A stretch of 64,000 nucleotides of DNA from Thermodesulfobacteriota bacterium. Its GTDB lineage: Bacteria; Desulfobacterota; Desulfobulbia; Desulfobulbales; JBFMBH01. Under the pieces are notes generated by a model. The model ran no database searches. It worked only from the letters and a program-made list of their open reading frames with translations, and was not told the DNA's origin. The translations under genes were made by a program, and so were the position numbers. Where the stretch lies: assembly GCA_040755095.1 (NCBI GenBank), contig JBFMBH010000005.1, positions 479-64,478 of the forward strand. The letters are read 5' to 3'. Shown here in pieces: positions 52,305 through 61,973 of this stretch (the first letter of the stretch is position 1; the number at the start of each line of letters is the position of its first letter).

Positions 52305-53992
52305 AGCGGGCCAGCTTGCTGGGCCTCGTGACGGTGCTGGTGCTCTGGGGCTCCCTGGCACAGGCGGTGTGGCCCTTCGGGGAACGGCACCTCCTGGTTC
52401 TCAATGGCGCCGGGCACAGCAAGGCGGATTTTCTGCAATTCTGGGAGCAGTGGAAGGAAGAGGACAGCCCGGTTCCCGACAGCCCGGATTTCTGGATCGA
52501 CTGGCTGCTGTTTTATCAGGAGGCCGAGCAGATGGAGCTGGGCGATGCCCCGGCGGTGCAGGCCAAGCTGTTCACCTTCCTCAAGGTGCGGGCCCTCATG
52601 CAGCTGCGCCAGGACGAGGTGACCAGCAGGATGGCCGCCGTCGATGAGGAGCGCCTCTGGCAGCGCTATTTGCAGGACGAGGCGCCCCTGTACAAGATCG
52701 AGAGCGTGCTCATCGCCGACCAGGCGGCTGCTGGCCGCTTCGCTGAGCTGGCGCGGGCTGGCCGCCCGTTCGCCGAGGTCGTCACCGATCCCAGCCTCGG
52801 CCTGGCCGAGCCGCCCAAGGTGATCTCGTCGGACTGGCTGCGGAAGAGCAAGGTGCCCGAGACCTACCGGGAGGATCTGGCGAAGGCCGAGCTCGGCTCC
52901 GTGCTCGGTCCCCTGTTCTGGGAGCCCAAGAAGACCTACTACCTGGTGCGGAAGGTAGAGCAGCAGGCTGGCAGCCAAGAGGACTTCCAGAGGATCCGCA
53001 AGGACATCGAGGAGCGGCTCTTCAAGGAGGAGGACGGCCGCCTGACCAGAGACCTCCTGGTCCGTCTGATGAAGGAGTACGAGGTGGTGACCCACGACGA
53101 CCGGATCGAAGCCCTGCCCATGAACGGCGGCTCCCAGGAGCAGCTGAGCGCCGTGGTGGTGGAGATGAAGGGCGGCAGGACGGTCACCGGCGGTGAGCTC
53201 GTGCAGATGGTGATGCGGGATCTGTCCATGCGGATGCGGCCCAATGCCCAGGGCTCTTTCGACATGGTGCATGGCGATTTCAATGACGCCAAGCGCCGGG
53301 TGCTCATGGATTACCTGGGGGCGGAGCTGACGGTTCGGGCCGCCCTGGACCGTCACTATGAGCAGAAGCCGCCCATCAAGGATGTGTTCGATTTTTACCG
53401 CCAGCGGCGCATGATCCTCGAGCTGAAGAACCGGCTGTTCCGCACCCAGGTGGAGGTCAGCGACCAGGAGGCCCAGGCCTTCTACCAGGCCAACCAGCAG
53501 CTGTTCACCCACCCCGCCTCCCTGGAGCTCGCCATCCTGAGCACCCGGGACGAGAAGCTGGCCGATTTCCTGCGCAAGGAGCTTCTCTCGGGCAAGGATT
53601 TCTTCGAGGTGGCCAACCATGTGGTGGCCGGCGGGGTGAATCCGACCAATGTGCTGGTGAGCGATCTCGATCCGGCGATGGTCGAGGCCCTGTCCGGAGT
53701 GGCCGAGGGGGCGCAGGTGGGCCCGGTGAAGATCGGCGAGGATACCCACTTCATCAAGCTTATCCGCCGGCGGGAGTCGGTGGTGCGGCCCTTGGACGAA
53801 GTCAAGCACATGATCACCAGGAAGCTGCACGAGGAGCGGATCCAGGAGAAGGAGGAGGCCTTTCGGCAGAAGCTGCGGGCGGTCTCCAAGATCGAGGTGG
53901 ATGACGGCCAGTGGCAGGAGGTGGTCCGCACCCTGAAGGCCCAGGAGGCGGCCCGGCAACAGGAGAAGGACAAGCCGGCAAAGGGCAGTTGA
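52301..53992 (+). CDS. SurA/PpiD-like periplasmic chaperone with parvulin-type peptidyl-prolyl isomerase domain
   Basis: GTG 52301 overlaps the upstream stop (GTGA); the alternative is ATG 52268. Signal peptide VKRASLLGLVTVLVLWGSLAQA. C-terminal rotamase-like ...FFEVANHV...VSDLDPAMVEALSGVAEGAQVGPVKIGEDTHFIKLIRRR. Confidence 0.75.
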   Translation: MKRASLLGLVTVLVLWGSLAQAVWPFGERHLLVLNGAGHSKADFLQFWEQWKEEDSPVPDSPDFWIDWLLFYQEAEQMELGDAPAVQAKLFTFLKVRALMQLRQDEVTSRMAAVDEERLWQRYLQDEAPLYKIESVLIADQAAAGRFAELARAGRPFAEVVTDPSLGLAEPPKVISSDWLRKSKVPETYREDLAKAELGSVLGPLFWEPKKTYYLVRKVEQQAGSQEDFQRIRKDIEERLFKEEDGRLTRDLLVRLMKEYEVVTHDDRIEALPMNGGSQEQLSAVVVEMKGGRTVTGGELVQMVMRDLSMRMRPNAQGSFDMVHGDFNDAKRRVLMDYLGAELTVRAALDRHYEQKPPIKDVFDFYRQRRMILELKNRLFRTQVEVSDQEAQAFYQANQQLFTHPASLELAILSTRDEKLADFLRKELLSGKDFFEVANHVVAGGVNPTNVLVSDLDPAMVEALSGVAEGAQVGPVKIGEDTHFIKLIRRRESVVRPLDEVKHMITRKLHEERIQEKEEAFRQKLRAVSKIEVDDGQWQEVVRTLKAQEAARQQEKDKPAKGS

Positions 53993-54098
53993 AGGCAGCT
54001 GCGAGCGTCTTGCAGGGAGGGATGGAGCCTCGGCCGGTGGCCTGTGACCTGGGCGAAGGCCGGATCAGGGTACAACCGTTTGCGAAGAGGGACTCTCG

Positions 54099-56123
54099 AT
54101 GATGCAGGAGACACGCCAAGTGGGCAATGGCAGTCGGATGGGGCTCTTGGGGAGACAGGGAACGGTGTGGCTGTTGACCGCCGCGCTGCTCCTGGGGCTG
54201 GCCGCCTGCGTGCCCCAGCCGTCCGAGTCGTCCCGATCTGCCGGCAAGGCCAAGAAGAGCTGCGTGGAGTGCCACGAGACCGAGTACAAGGCCTTCCAGA
54301 CCGGGGTGGTGCACAAACCGGTACAGGAGGCCAAATGCGACGGCTGCCATGACCCCCACGGCATGATCGGCGGCACCTTGCTCAAAGCGGATGAGCCGGA
54401 GCTGTGCTATTCCTGCCACGCTGCCGTCCGCCAGGCGGTCCAGGGGGCGGCTCACGGCCATCCGCCGCTCCAGAGCACGACGGCCGCCTGCACCAGCTGC
54501 CATGCTGTCCACAACTCCCCCCATGCCAAGCTCCTCAAGGAGCCGGCCGCTACCTTGTGCTTCAAGTGTCACGATCAGACGGAGTTCGGCCGCACCAACC
54601 GTCACCAGCCGCTGCAAACCGGGTGTGCCTCATGCCACCAGGTGCATGGCGCCCCGGCAGCCAAGCTGCTGCCCAAGGAGCCGGACGCCTTCTGCCAGGA
54701 CTGCCACCAGCCGGACGGCAAGGGGATGGAGGCAGGCCACCGGGGGTACCCCGTGCAGGGGGGCTGCGTCTCTTGCCATCAGCCCCACTCGGCCAGTCGC
54801 GCCAAGCTGATCCGGGAGGTCCCGCACCAGCCGATGCTGGAGGGGCAGTGCGAGTCCTGCCATGCCGGCAAGGGCAAGCCCGAGCCACTCGCCCTGACCG
54901 GCACGGGCAGCAGCCTGTGCCGCGGCTGCCATGACGATGTGACCGCCGGTCAGACCCAGAGCGTCCATGCACCGGTCACCGGGGGCGAGTGTCTCTCCTG
55001 CCACGCCCCCCACGGCAGCAACCACCAGGCCATGTCCCGTCAGGCCCCGGAAAGGCTGTGCTTCGAGTGCCATACCTTCAAGCAGATCGGGCCGGAGAAG
55101 ACAGGGCAGACCGAGAACGGCCACCAGCCGGCTGCCGAAGGCCGGTGCCTGACCTGCCACGCGGCCCACGCCGCACCGGTCAAGCCGCTGCTCAAGAGCC
55201 CTGCCGCCGACCTGTGCTTCTCCTGCCATGGCAAGGAGCCGGGGTTGGCCGACCGGAGCCACCAGCCGGTGAAGGAGCGGCGCTGCACCTTGTGCCACTC
55301 GCCCCACGAGTCCCAGGGCAGCCATCTTCTGGCGGGAAGCGAGCAGGAGATCTGCCTGACCTGTCACAAGAAGACCGGGGACGATATGACCCTGGCCTAT
55401 CTCCATCATCCCTTTGCCAACGGCGATTGCACCGGCTGCCACGCCGCCCACGGCTCCAGAAGCGCCGGCATGCTCAAGGCCAGCGGCGTTGCCCTGTGCG
55501 CCTCCTGCCACCAGAAGCTCATCGAGGAGCGGACGGCCAATATGAAGAAGCATCAGCCCTTTGCCCAGGGCGAGTGCATGAAGTGCCACGCCCCCCATGG
55601 CTCGGACAACCCCTTCACCCTGGTGCACAAGCTGGCGGACACCTGCTTCACCTGTCACAGCGGCCTGGAGCGCCAGATCGGCTCGGCCCGGCAGGTCCAT
55701 GAACCGGTGGTCAAGCGGAACTGCACCGCCTGTCATACGCCGCATGCCTCGGCCCAGGACCACCTGATCACCCGGGCGATGCCCGAGCTGTGCCTGGCCT
55801 GCCACAAGGAGGTGGCGGAATTCTGGAGCGGCGGCTTCGCGCATGAGCCGGCGGTCTCCGGGCAGTGCGCCAGCTGCCACGTCAGCCATGCCGGCGCCGA
55901 GGCCAAGCTGCTGGCCCGCAGCGCCTCAGGTCTGTGCGCCACCTGCCATCAGATCAGTGATACGGAGATGGTGCGGATCCACAAGGGGATCCGGCCGTCG
56001 GAAAAGAGCTGCACCAGCTGCCACGACAGCCATGGCTCTCCCACCCAGAGCCTGACCTTTGCGGTGGAGCATGCCCCCTTCAAGGAGCGGGACTGCAAAC
56101 CATGCCACGAGGAGGCGAAGTGA
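54099..56123 (+). CDS. Lipoprotein multihaem cytochrome c with 26 CxxCH motifs
   Basis: Lipobox LLGLAAC. Twenty-six CxxCH motifs counted, in a paired arrangement (C..CH.[PV]H......L.......LC..CH). The start may be ATG 54138. Confidence 0.9.
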   Translation: MMQETRQVGNGSRMGLLGRQGTVWLLTAALLLGLAACVPQPSESSRSAGKAKKSCVECHETEYKAFQTGVVHKPVQEAKCDGCHDPHGMIGGTLLKADEPELCYSCHAAVRQAVQGAAHGHPPLQSTTAACTSCHAVHNSPHAKLLKEPAATLCFKCHDQTEFGRTNRHQPLQTGCASCHQVHGAPAAKLLPKEPDAFCQDCHQPDGKGMEAGHRGYPVQGGCVSCHQPHSASRAKLIREVPHQPMLEGQCESCHAGKGKPEPLALTGTGSSLCRGCHDDVTAGQTQSVHAPVTGGECLSCHAPHGSNHQAMSRQAPERLCFECHTFKQIGPEKTGQTENGHQPAAEGRCLTCHAAHAAPVKPLLKSPAADLCFSCHGKEPGLADRSHQPVKERRCTLCHSPHESQGSHLLAGSEQEICLTCHKKTGDDMTLAYLHHPFANGDCTGCHAAHGSRSAGMLKASGVALCASCHQKLIEERTANMKKHQPFAQGECMKCHAPHGSDNPFTLVHKLADTCFTCHSGLERQIGSARQVHEPVVKRNCTACHTPHASAQDHLITRAMPELCLACHKEVAEFWSGGFAHEPAVSGQCASCHVSHAGAEAKLLARSASGLCATCHQISDTEMVRIHKGIRPSEKSCTSCHDSHGSPTQSLTFAVEHAPFKERDCKPCHEEAK

Positions 56124-57307
56124 TGCGCGGCTTTTTCCTGATCGTCGTGATGGCGGCCGGCCTCGGCTTCACCCTCGCCGAGGCCCAGGCCGCCCGGACC
56201 AACTGCACGGCCTGCCACGACCCCGAGAGCTTCGCTGGCCGGGTGGTGCATGGCCCGGTGGCGGAGAAGAAATGCTTTTCCTGCCACAGCCCCCACGCCT
56301 CCCGCCATGAAGCCCTGCTCTATGGCAAATCCCCGGAGCTGTGCTTCAGCTGCCACAAGGATATCGACGAGGGGCTGAAGAAGCAGGAGATGCTGCACGG
56401 CCCGGTCCGGCAGGGCAAGTGCGCCGACTGCCACCTGCCGCATGCGGGCAAGGACGATGCCCTGCTCAAGGCCGGGGTACCGGAGTTGTGCTTCGGCTGC
56501 CACAAGGAGGTGGCCGGCCGGGGTGCCCGGCATACCCATGCGCCGTTTGCCCGGGGCCAGTGTCAGGCCTGCCACGTGGCCCACGGCTCCAGCACGGTCG
56601 CCCTGCTCAAGGCCGGGGTGCCGGGGCTGTGCCTGGGCTGCCACAAGGACGAAGGCGCGATCCGCGGCAAGCATTTGGGACGGGCCCTGGCGGGGATGGA
56701 CTGCCTCACCTGCCACAGCGGCCACGGCTCGGACCACAACGCCCTGGTGCGCAACAACCTCCACCCGCCGTTCAAAGACAAGGACTGCGGCACCTGCCAC
56801 AACCGTACCGACAAAGGGGTGGCCCTGTGCTTCGACTGCCACGAAGGCATCCAGAGCTCCTTCAACTACACCCACAACCACATGATGTCGGTGTCCGGGG
56901 TGGACAACATCTGTCTGTCCTGCCACAACGCCCATGCAGCGGACGACAAGAAGATGCTGGCCGGCACCCAGTACGGTGTCTGCAAGCGCTGTCACGCCGA
57001 CACCTTCAAGCGCCGGGAGGGGGCGTTGCACACCCATCCCAACTGGGGGGTCTGCACCAATTGCCATCAGGCCCACGGCTCCAACCAGATCGCCCTCATC
57101 CGGGGGGATGGCAATGGCACCTGTGAGCAGTGCCATGCCACCCAGGGCAAGTTTGTCCACCCCATCGGCGACAAGGTCCGGGATCCCCGTTCCGGCCAAC
57201 CGGTGACCTGTGTCACCTGCCACAATGTCCATGGCACCGCCTTCAAGTACAACCTCCGCCTGTCGGGGGAGAAGGACCTCTGTGTCCAGTGCCACAAGAG
57301 CTACTAG
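56123..57307 (+). CDS. Periplasmic/secreted multihaem cytochrome c with 16 CxxCH motifs
   Basis: Signal peptide MRGFFLIVVMAAGLGFTLAEAQA. Sixteen CxxCH motifs counted. Its ATG overlaps the upstream stop (TGATG). Confidence 0.9.
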   Translation: MRGFFLIVVMAAGLGFTLAEAQAARTNCTACHDPESFAGRVVHGPVAEKKCFSCHSPHASRHEALLYGKSPELCFSCHKDIDEGLKKQEMLHGPVRQGKCADCHLPHAGKDDALLKAGVPELCFGCHKEVAGRGARHTHAPFARGQCQACHVAHGSSTVALLKAGVPGLCLGCHKDEGAIRGKHLGRALAGMDCLTCHSGHGSDHNALVRNNLHPPFKDKDCGTCHNRTDKGVALCFDCHEGIQSSFNYTHNHMMSVSGVDNICLSCHNAHAADDKKMLAGTQYGVCKRCHADTFKRREGALHTHPNWGVCTNCHQAHGSNQIALIRGDGNGTCEQCHATQGKFVHPIGDKVRDPRSGQPVTCVTCHNVHGTAFKYNLRLSGEKDLCVQCHKSY

Positions 57308-57330
57308 CCCCGAGGAAGGAGACTCCGACC

Positions 57331-58206
57331 ATGAAGAGGACGCTCGCAGCCGCCCTGATGGCGGTCATCCTGGTCGCCGCGCCAGCGGCAGCCGATCGTT
57401 CCCCGTGGAAATGGGACAAGGCCCTGACCGGCGATGACGCCGGGGTGCATCTGCTCAGGCCGGCCAGCCTGTTCTGGGATGCGGCCGAGGAGCGCTACTA
57501 CGTGGTGGACACCATGAACTCCCGGCTTGCCTCCTACGATCGGGAGGGGGTCTTCCTCAAGCAGCTCCGGGCGGGCGGTCAGCTCGGGCTGCCGGTATCC
57601 ATGGGCCGGGATCCCCGGGGCGGGATCTGGGTGGTGGATCGCAAGCTCAATGCCCTGCAGTACGTGGATCTCAAGGCCCAGAAGGTGGAGGCCAAGACGG
57701 TCAAGTACAAGGACGGGGCAACGGTGTTCCTGGACCGGCTGTTCGTGGACCCGGCGGGCACCATCTACGTTCTGGACCGGAGCCGGGGGGGGGTTCTGCG
57801 CCTGGGCCCCGATCTGAGCGTGACCACAGAGCTCCGGGGCGAGGAGAAGGCCGCTTTCGTGGACTTCAAGGTGAGGAGTGACGGCGTCTGGGCCCTGGAC
57901 CAGAGAAACCGTGCGCTGGTGGTTTTTGGCGCCGACGGCTCGGTGTCCCGGAAGATCGGTCTGAAGGGGGATCTGGAGTTTCCGGTCTCCTTCGATGTCG
58001 ACGAGCACGGGCTCATCTACGTTCTGGACCGGCACGCCGGCGCCATTCGGGTCTTCGACCGTGGCGGCGAATTCCGCTACGGCTTCCTGGAGGTGGGCAG
58101 CGCCCGGGGCCAGCTCTATTTCCCCTCTCAGCTGCTGTTCGACGGCCTGGGCCGCCTGTGCGTGGCCAACGAGGGCAACGGCCGGGTGGATATTTACCGG
58201 CGCTAA
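57331..58206 (+). CDS. Secreted NHL-repeat beta-propeller protein
   Basis: AGGAAGGAG RBS. Signal peptide MKRTLAAALMAVILVAAPAAA. NHL-like units such as FPVSFDVDEHGLIYVLDRHAGAIRVFD and FPSQLLFDGLGRLCVANEGNGRVDIY. Confidence 0.85.
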   Translation: MKRTLAAALMAVILVAAPAAADRSPWKWDKALTGDDAGVHLLRPASLFWDAAEERYYVVDTMNSRLASYDREGVFLKQLRAGGQLGLPVSMGRDPRGGIWVVDRKLNALQYVDLKAQKVEAKTVKYKDGATVFLDRLFVDPAGTIYVLDRSRGGVLRLGPDLSVTTELRGEEKAAFVDFKVRSDGVWALDQRNRALVVFGADGSVSRKIGLKGDLEFPVSFDVDEHGLIYVLDRHAGAIRVFDRGGEFRYGFLEVGSARGQLYFPSQLLFDGLGRLCVANEGNGRVDIYRR

Positions 58207-58299
58207 CGGGCATGACCGGTCTCCACAGCGGATATCCAATGTCGAACAAGGAATGTCCAACCGCCTGAAGGGACCGGCGGAACGGGTCTGAAACGTCCA

Positions 58300-59097
58300 C
58301 TACCGGTCCCTTCGACCTTCGAAATTCCTTGTTGGACCTTCTGCGGTTCGTTCTTTCGGTTCTGGTGTGCCTTCCAGGAAGGCGTAGGCGCTGTGCTTGT
58401 GGATGGACTCGAAGCTCTCCACCCCCACCGAAAACCAGGCGATCTCCGGCAAGCCGGATGCCAGCTCCGCCACCCGGCGGACCACGTCCTCGACAAACAT
58501 CGGGTTCCGGTAGGCGGCCTCGGTCACGTACTTCTCGTCCGGCCTTTTGAGGAGAGCGAAGACCGGCGCCGAGGCGGCCCGCTCCACCAGGGCGATGAGG
58601 TCCTCCGCCCACAGGAAGCGGCGGCGGAAGCGGACGTTGAGGTTGACCTCGCCCCGCTGGTTGTGGGCCCCGAATTGACTGATCTCCTTGGAGCAAGGAC
58701 ACAGCGTGGTGATGGGCGCCCACACCCCGAGCACAAAGTCCCGGGTCTGGTCCCCCACCGTGCCGGTGAAGGCGCAGCGGTACTCCATCAGGCTGCGGGT
58801 GCCCGACACCGGCGCCTCCTTGGTGAGGAAGTAGGGAAAGCTCATGGCGAGTTGGGCGGACTGGGCGGCCAGCCGCTCCCGTACCTCCTCCAGAAGGCGG
58901 GAGAAGATCCGGACGCTCATCTGGGCCTGGTAGCGGTGCAGCACCTCGAGAAGACTGGCGGCGCAGGTGTCATGCCGGGAGCTGGGCATGGCGGCGGACA
59001 GGCAGACGGTGGCTACGGTCTGCTGCCGGCTGCCAGCCTTCTCCTCCACCTGGACCGGGTAACGGATGTTCTTGATGCCGACGCTGGCGAGCTTCAT
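58300..59097 (-). CDS. folE2: GTP cyclohydrolase FolE2/MptA family
   Basis: [54 protein letters not shown]. Confidence 0.8.
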   Translation of the reverse strand: MKLASVGIKNIRYPVQVEEKAGSRQQTVATVCLSAAMPSSRHDTCAASLLEVLHRYQAQMSVRIFSRLLEEVRERLAAQSAQLAMSFPYFLTKEAPVSGTRSLMEYRCAFTGTVGDQTRDFVLGVWAPITTLCPCSKEISQFGAHNQRGEVNLNVRFRRRFLWAEDLIALVERAASAPVFALLKRPDEKYVTEAAYRNPMFVEDVVRRVAELASGLPEIAWFSVGVESFESIHKHSAYAFLEGTPEPKERTAEGPTRNFEGRRDR

Positions 59098-59171
59098 GGG
59101 CGGCGCGGTTTCATGACCAAAGCCTCACGGGGAGGCGGGGGCTCTCCGAAAACGACAAGGAGCGTGGGAAG

Positions 59172-59768
59172 ATGACCAAGGTTGAGCGAGCGTTGATCAG
59201 TCTGACGGACAAGACGGGCATCGAGGCCTTTGCCAGGGAGCTGGCGGGGCTGGGGGTGGAGATCCTGTCCACCGGCGGCACGGCCAAACGCCTCCGGGAT
59301 GCCGGCATCCCGGTCAAGGACGTCTCGGAGCATACCGGCTTTCCGGAGATGCTGGACGGCCGAGTCAAGACCCTGCACCCGCTGGTGCACGGGGGCATCC
59401 TGGGCCAGCGGGCCAATCCGAGCCATCAGGCCCAGATGGCCCAGCACGGCATCAAGCCCATCGACCTGGTGGTGGTGAACCTCTATGCCTTCGAGAAGGC
59501 GATCCAAGAGCCGGGCTGTACCCTGGAGCACGCTATCGAGAACATCGATATCGGCGGCCCCACCCTGCTGCGGGCAGCGGCCAAGAACCATCGGGACGTC
59601 ACGGTGATCGTGGACCCGGCGGACTACCCGGCCGTGCTGGCGGAGATCCGGGCCAATGGCAACACCACCCTCGGGACCCGGTTCCGGCTGGCGGCCAAGG
59701 TTTTTGCGCTCACCAGCGGCTACGACCGCGCCATTGCCGACTATCTGGCCGCACACGTCAAGGCCTGA
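59172..59768 (+). CDS. Standalone IMP cyclohydrolase (PurH N-terminal MGS-like domain only, 198 aa)
   Basis: [34 protein letters not shown]...[14 protein letters not shown]...[10 protein letters not shown]...[18 protein letters not shown]. The ORF stops where full-length PurH would continue into the AICAR transformylase domain. Confidence 0.85.
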   Translation: MTKVERALISLTDKTGIEAFARELAGLGVEILSTGGTAKRLRDAGIPVKDVSEHTGFPEMLDGRVKTLHPLVHGGILGQRANPSHQAQMAQHGIKPIDLVVVNLYAFEKAIQEPGCTLEHAIENIDIGGPTLLRAAAKNHRDVTVIVDPADYPAVLAEIRANGNTTLGTRFRLAAKVFALTSGYDRAIADYLAAHVKA

Positions 59769-59805
59769 GGCACGCGACCGGCCGTGGGGCCGGTGAGGAG
59801 GGGGC

Positions 59806-60381
59806 ATGCAACAGCTGGCCGTACTTCTGTCCGGCAGCGGCCGGACCCTGGACAACTTCCACGAGCGCATTGCCGATGGCAGCCTGGATGCCCGCATCCA
59901 GGTGGTGGTCGCCAACGTGCCCCAGGCCCTGGGCCTGGAAAAGGCCAGGCGCTACGGCTACCCGGCCCTGGTCGCCCCGGACAGCGAGGCCACCAACCGG
60001 ATCCTCGCCGGCTACTCCCTGGACCTCATCTGTCTGGCCGGCTACCTCAAGCTCTACACCCCGCCCCCCCAACTGTCCCGGGCGGTGCTCAACATCCATC
60101 CCTCCCTCGTCCCGGCCTTTGCCGGTGCCGGCTTCTACGGCATGCGGGTGCACCGGGCAGTGCATGCCCGGGGGGTCAAGGTGAGCGGCTGCACGGTGCA
60201 TTTCGCCAACGAGGCGTATGACGAGGGCCCGATCATCGTCCAGCGCTGTGTGGCCCTGGACGATGACGAGACGCCGGAAAGCATTGCCGCCAAGGTCTTT
60301 GCGGCCGAGTGCGAGGCGTATCCTGCGGCGATCAACCGGGTGGGAGCGCTGGGCATCGACTTCTTCTGGCAGCGGCGCTAG
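59806..60381 (+). CDS. purN: Phosphoribosylglycinamide formyltransferase
   Basis: AVLLSGSGRTL...LAGYLKL...VLNIHPSL.PAF.G......VH...VK.SGCTVHF...YDEGPII.Q. Confidence 0.92.
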   Translation: MQQLAVLLSGSGRTLDNFHERIADGSLDARIQVVVANVPQALGLEKARRYGYPALVAPDSEATNRILAGYSLDLICLAGYLKLYTPPPQLSRAVLNIHPSLVPAFAGAGFYGMRVHRAVHARGVKVSGCTVHFANEAYDEGPIIVQRCVALDDDETPESIAAKVFAAECEAYPAAINRVGALGIDFFWQRR

Positions 60382-60432
60382 CCGGCGGCAAAGGCACGGG
60401 CCGCCCCGGGGAGGGCGGCCCGCGGCGCGTCC

Positions 60433-61731
60433 TCAATCGTCGAAATCGCCGGCCGGTCCCTTGTCCTGGGCCAGGTTCCGAGCCCGAGCCCGGATCTGCT
60501 CCTCGGTCCAGGCCGCGGGATCCTCGATCCGGCTGCCCTTGGGCCCGAGATCGAAGCTGCCCGCCGCCAGAATGGCCGCCACCGCCAGAGGCGCCGTATC
60601 CTGGGCGTTGAGGACCTCCACCAGCATCCGGTAGATGAAGTCCTCCACCCGCTTGGCCATCCTTTCGCGGATCTCCCGGGGCTGGGCCAGGATCCTGGTC
60701 TCGAAGGGCTGGTTGAGCCTCTTGTAGTTGCCGCCCCTGATGCCCTTCTCCTGGGCGTAGGCCTTCATCTCGGCCCACAGCTCCTCGCTCATCCCCGCGC
60801 CCGTGACCTTGATGAAGTCGCCGCTGGCGTCCATGAGGGCGTTGCCGTAGTCGTTGACCTCCAGGCCCCAGCTGATCATCTGCAGGGCGGTGGCGACGTT
60901 GGCCTTGGTGGTGCGGGTGCGGCCGGTGATCTCCCGCAGCCGCTCCGAGCTGTTGCCCGAGGTGCCGTGCTGGGCGCCGGACACCTGGTAAGGGGCCAGG
61001 GCCTCGTGGATCTGCCGGGTCAGCTCCACCTGAATGCCCTGGGCCGAGGCCTCGATGCCGTGCGTGGTGCCGTTGTTGAGGGCGATCCAGTCCGGGAAGA
61101 TGCCGTGGGCATTGAGGCCCTGAATGAGGAACAGGGCCTCGGCCCTGGTGGACAGGCCCTCCTTGCCTTTGATCTCGCCCACCTCGGTCTCCAGGCCAGC
61201 CCAGGCCGGCAGCATGGAGGCCACCCGCAGATTGGCCAGCAGGTTGTCGTCGTCGGGCATGTGGGAGGCGTCGACCGCAATGGAGGTGATGCCAGCGTCA
61301 AAGAGGCTGGGGATCTCCGCAACAGCCCGCTCCACATCGGCCCAGTTCTTGATCCCGTAGTGATCGGCGTGGATGGCCACCGGCACCGTGATGCCCAGCT
61401 CGTTGGCCAGGCTGTCCACCTGGCGGGCCATATTCCAGAAATTGACCGCGCAATAGCCGTTGGTGCCACCTTCGCTCTTGGCGATCTCGATGATGATGGG
61501 GGCGTTGGCCCGTTGGGCCGCCTGCAGGGCGCCCCGAATCACGAGATGGCTGCGGCCGTTGGCCGCCACGGCCACGGCCTGGCCTTTGGCCAGCATGGCC
61601 CGGTCCACCACCTTGCCGCTGACCAGGAGGGCACGGGAATGGGGAAAGAGACGCCGGATGTTGGGCGGCCGGCCGAGGTCCAGTGCCCGTTGGAAATCCT
61701 GCGCCGATACGCCCTGGCTGCCAGATGCCAT
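60433..61731 (-). CDS. fba: Class II (metal-dependent) fructose/ketose-bisphosphate aldolase family protein
   Basis: APIIIEIAKSE...VPVAIHADHYG...SIAVDASH...LETEVGEIKG...NNGTTHG...SGAQHGTSG. GGAGG RBS before ATG 61731. Confidence 0.85.
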   Translation of the reverse strand: MASGSQGVSAQDFQRALDLGRPPNIRRLFPHSRALLVSGKVVDRAMLAKGQAVAVAANGRSHLVIRGALQAAQRANAPIIIEIAKSEGGTNGYCAVNFWNMARQVDSLANELGITVPVAIHADHYGIKNWADVERAVAEIPSLFDAGITSIAVDASHMPDDDNLLANLRVASMLPAWAGLETEVGEIKGKEGLSTRAEALFLIQGLNAHGIFPDWIALNNGTTHGIEASAQGIQVELTRQIHEALAPYQVSGAQHGTSGNSSERLREITGRTRTTKANVATALQMISWGLEVNDYGNALMDASGDFIKVTGAGMSEELWAEMKAYAQEKGIRGGNYKRLNQPFETRILAQPREIRERMAKRVEDFIYRMLVEVLNAQDTAPLAVAAILAAGSFDLGPKGSRIEDPAAWTEEQIRARARNLAQDKGPAGDFDD

Positions 61732-61973
61732 GGTGTCCTCCTGGAAAGGGTCAAAGGTCAGGGAGCGGTCAGGCCGCCGCCCGGAAACAGTGTCAGCTCG
61801 ACAACCAGATAGCACGAAACCGGCGGCGGCCGCAACGGGGAACTGGCCTGGGGAGCGGTCCGGCAGCCTTGGTCCCCCTTGACGCCCGACAGGCGATTGA
61901 CTACACTGGCCTGATTGGGCCTCGCTGCCCGTGTCGCTATCCGGCAGGTGCCAGGTTAAGGGGGACACCGCTC

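Noticed and set aside
58267-58313. 11-bp inverted repeat GAAGGGACCGG...CCGGTCCCTTC between the NHL gene and folE2, as a possible terminator
   Set aside because: The loop is 25 nt, there is no U-tract on either strand, and the right arm overlaps the 3' end of the folE2 ORF. The evidence is too weak to call.
58900-59097. The FolE2 N-terminal region seems to lack the KGTHMSRF-like metal/substrate motif I remember (it reads [17 protein letters not shown])
   Set aside because: My recollection of the motif and its alignment position is not reliable enough. The rest of the protein has the family signatures. It needs a real alignment before any claim of divergence.
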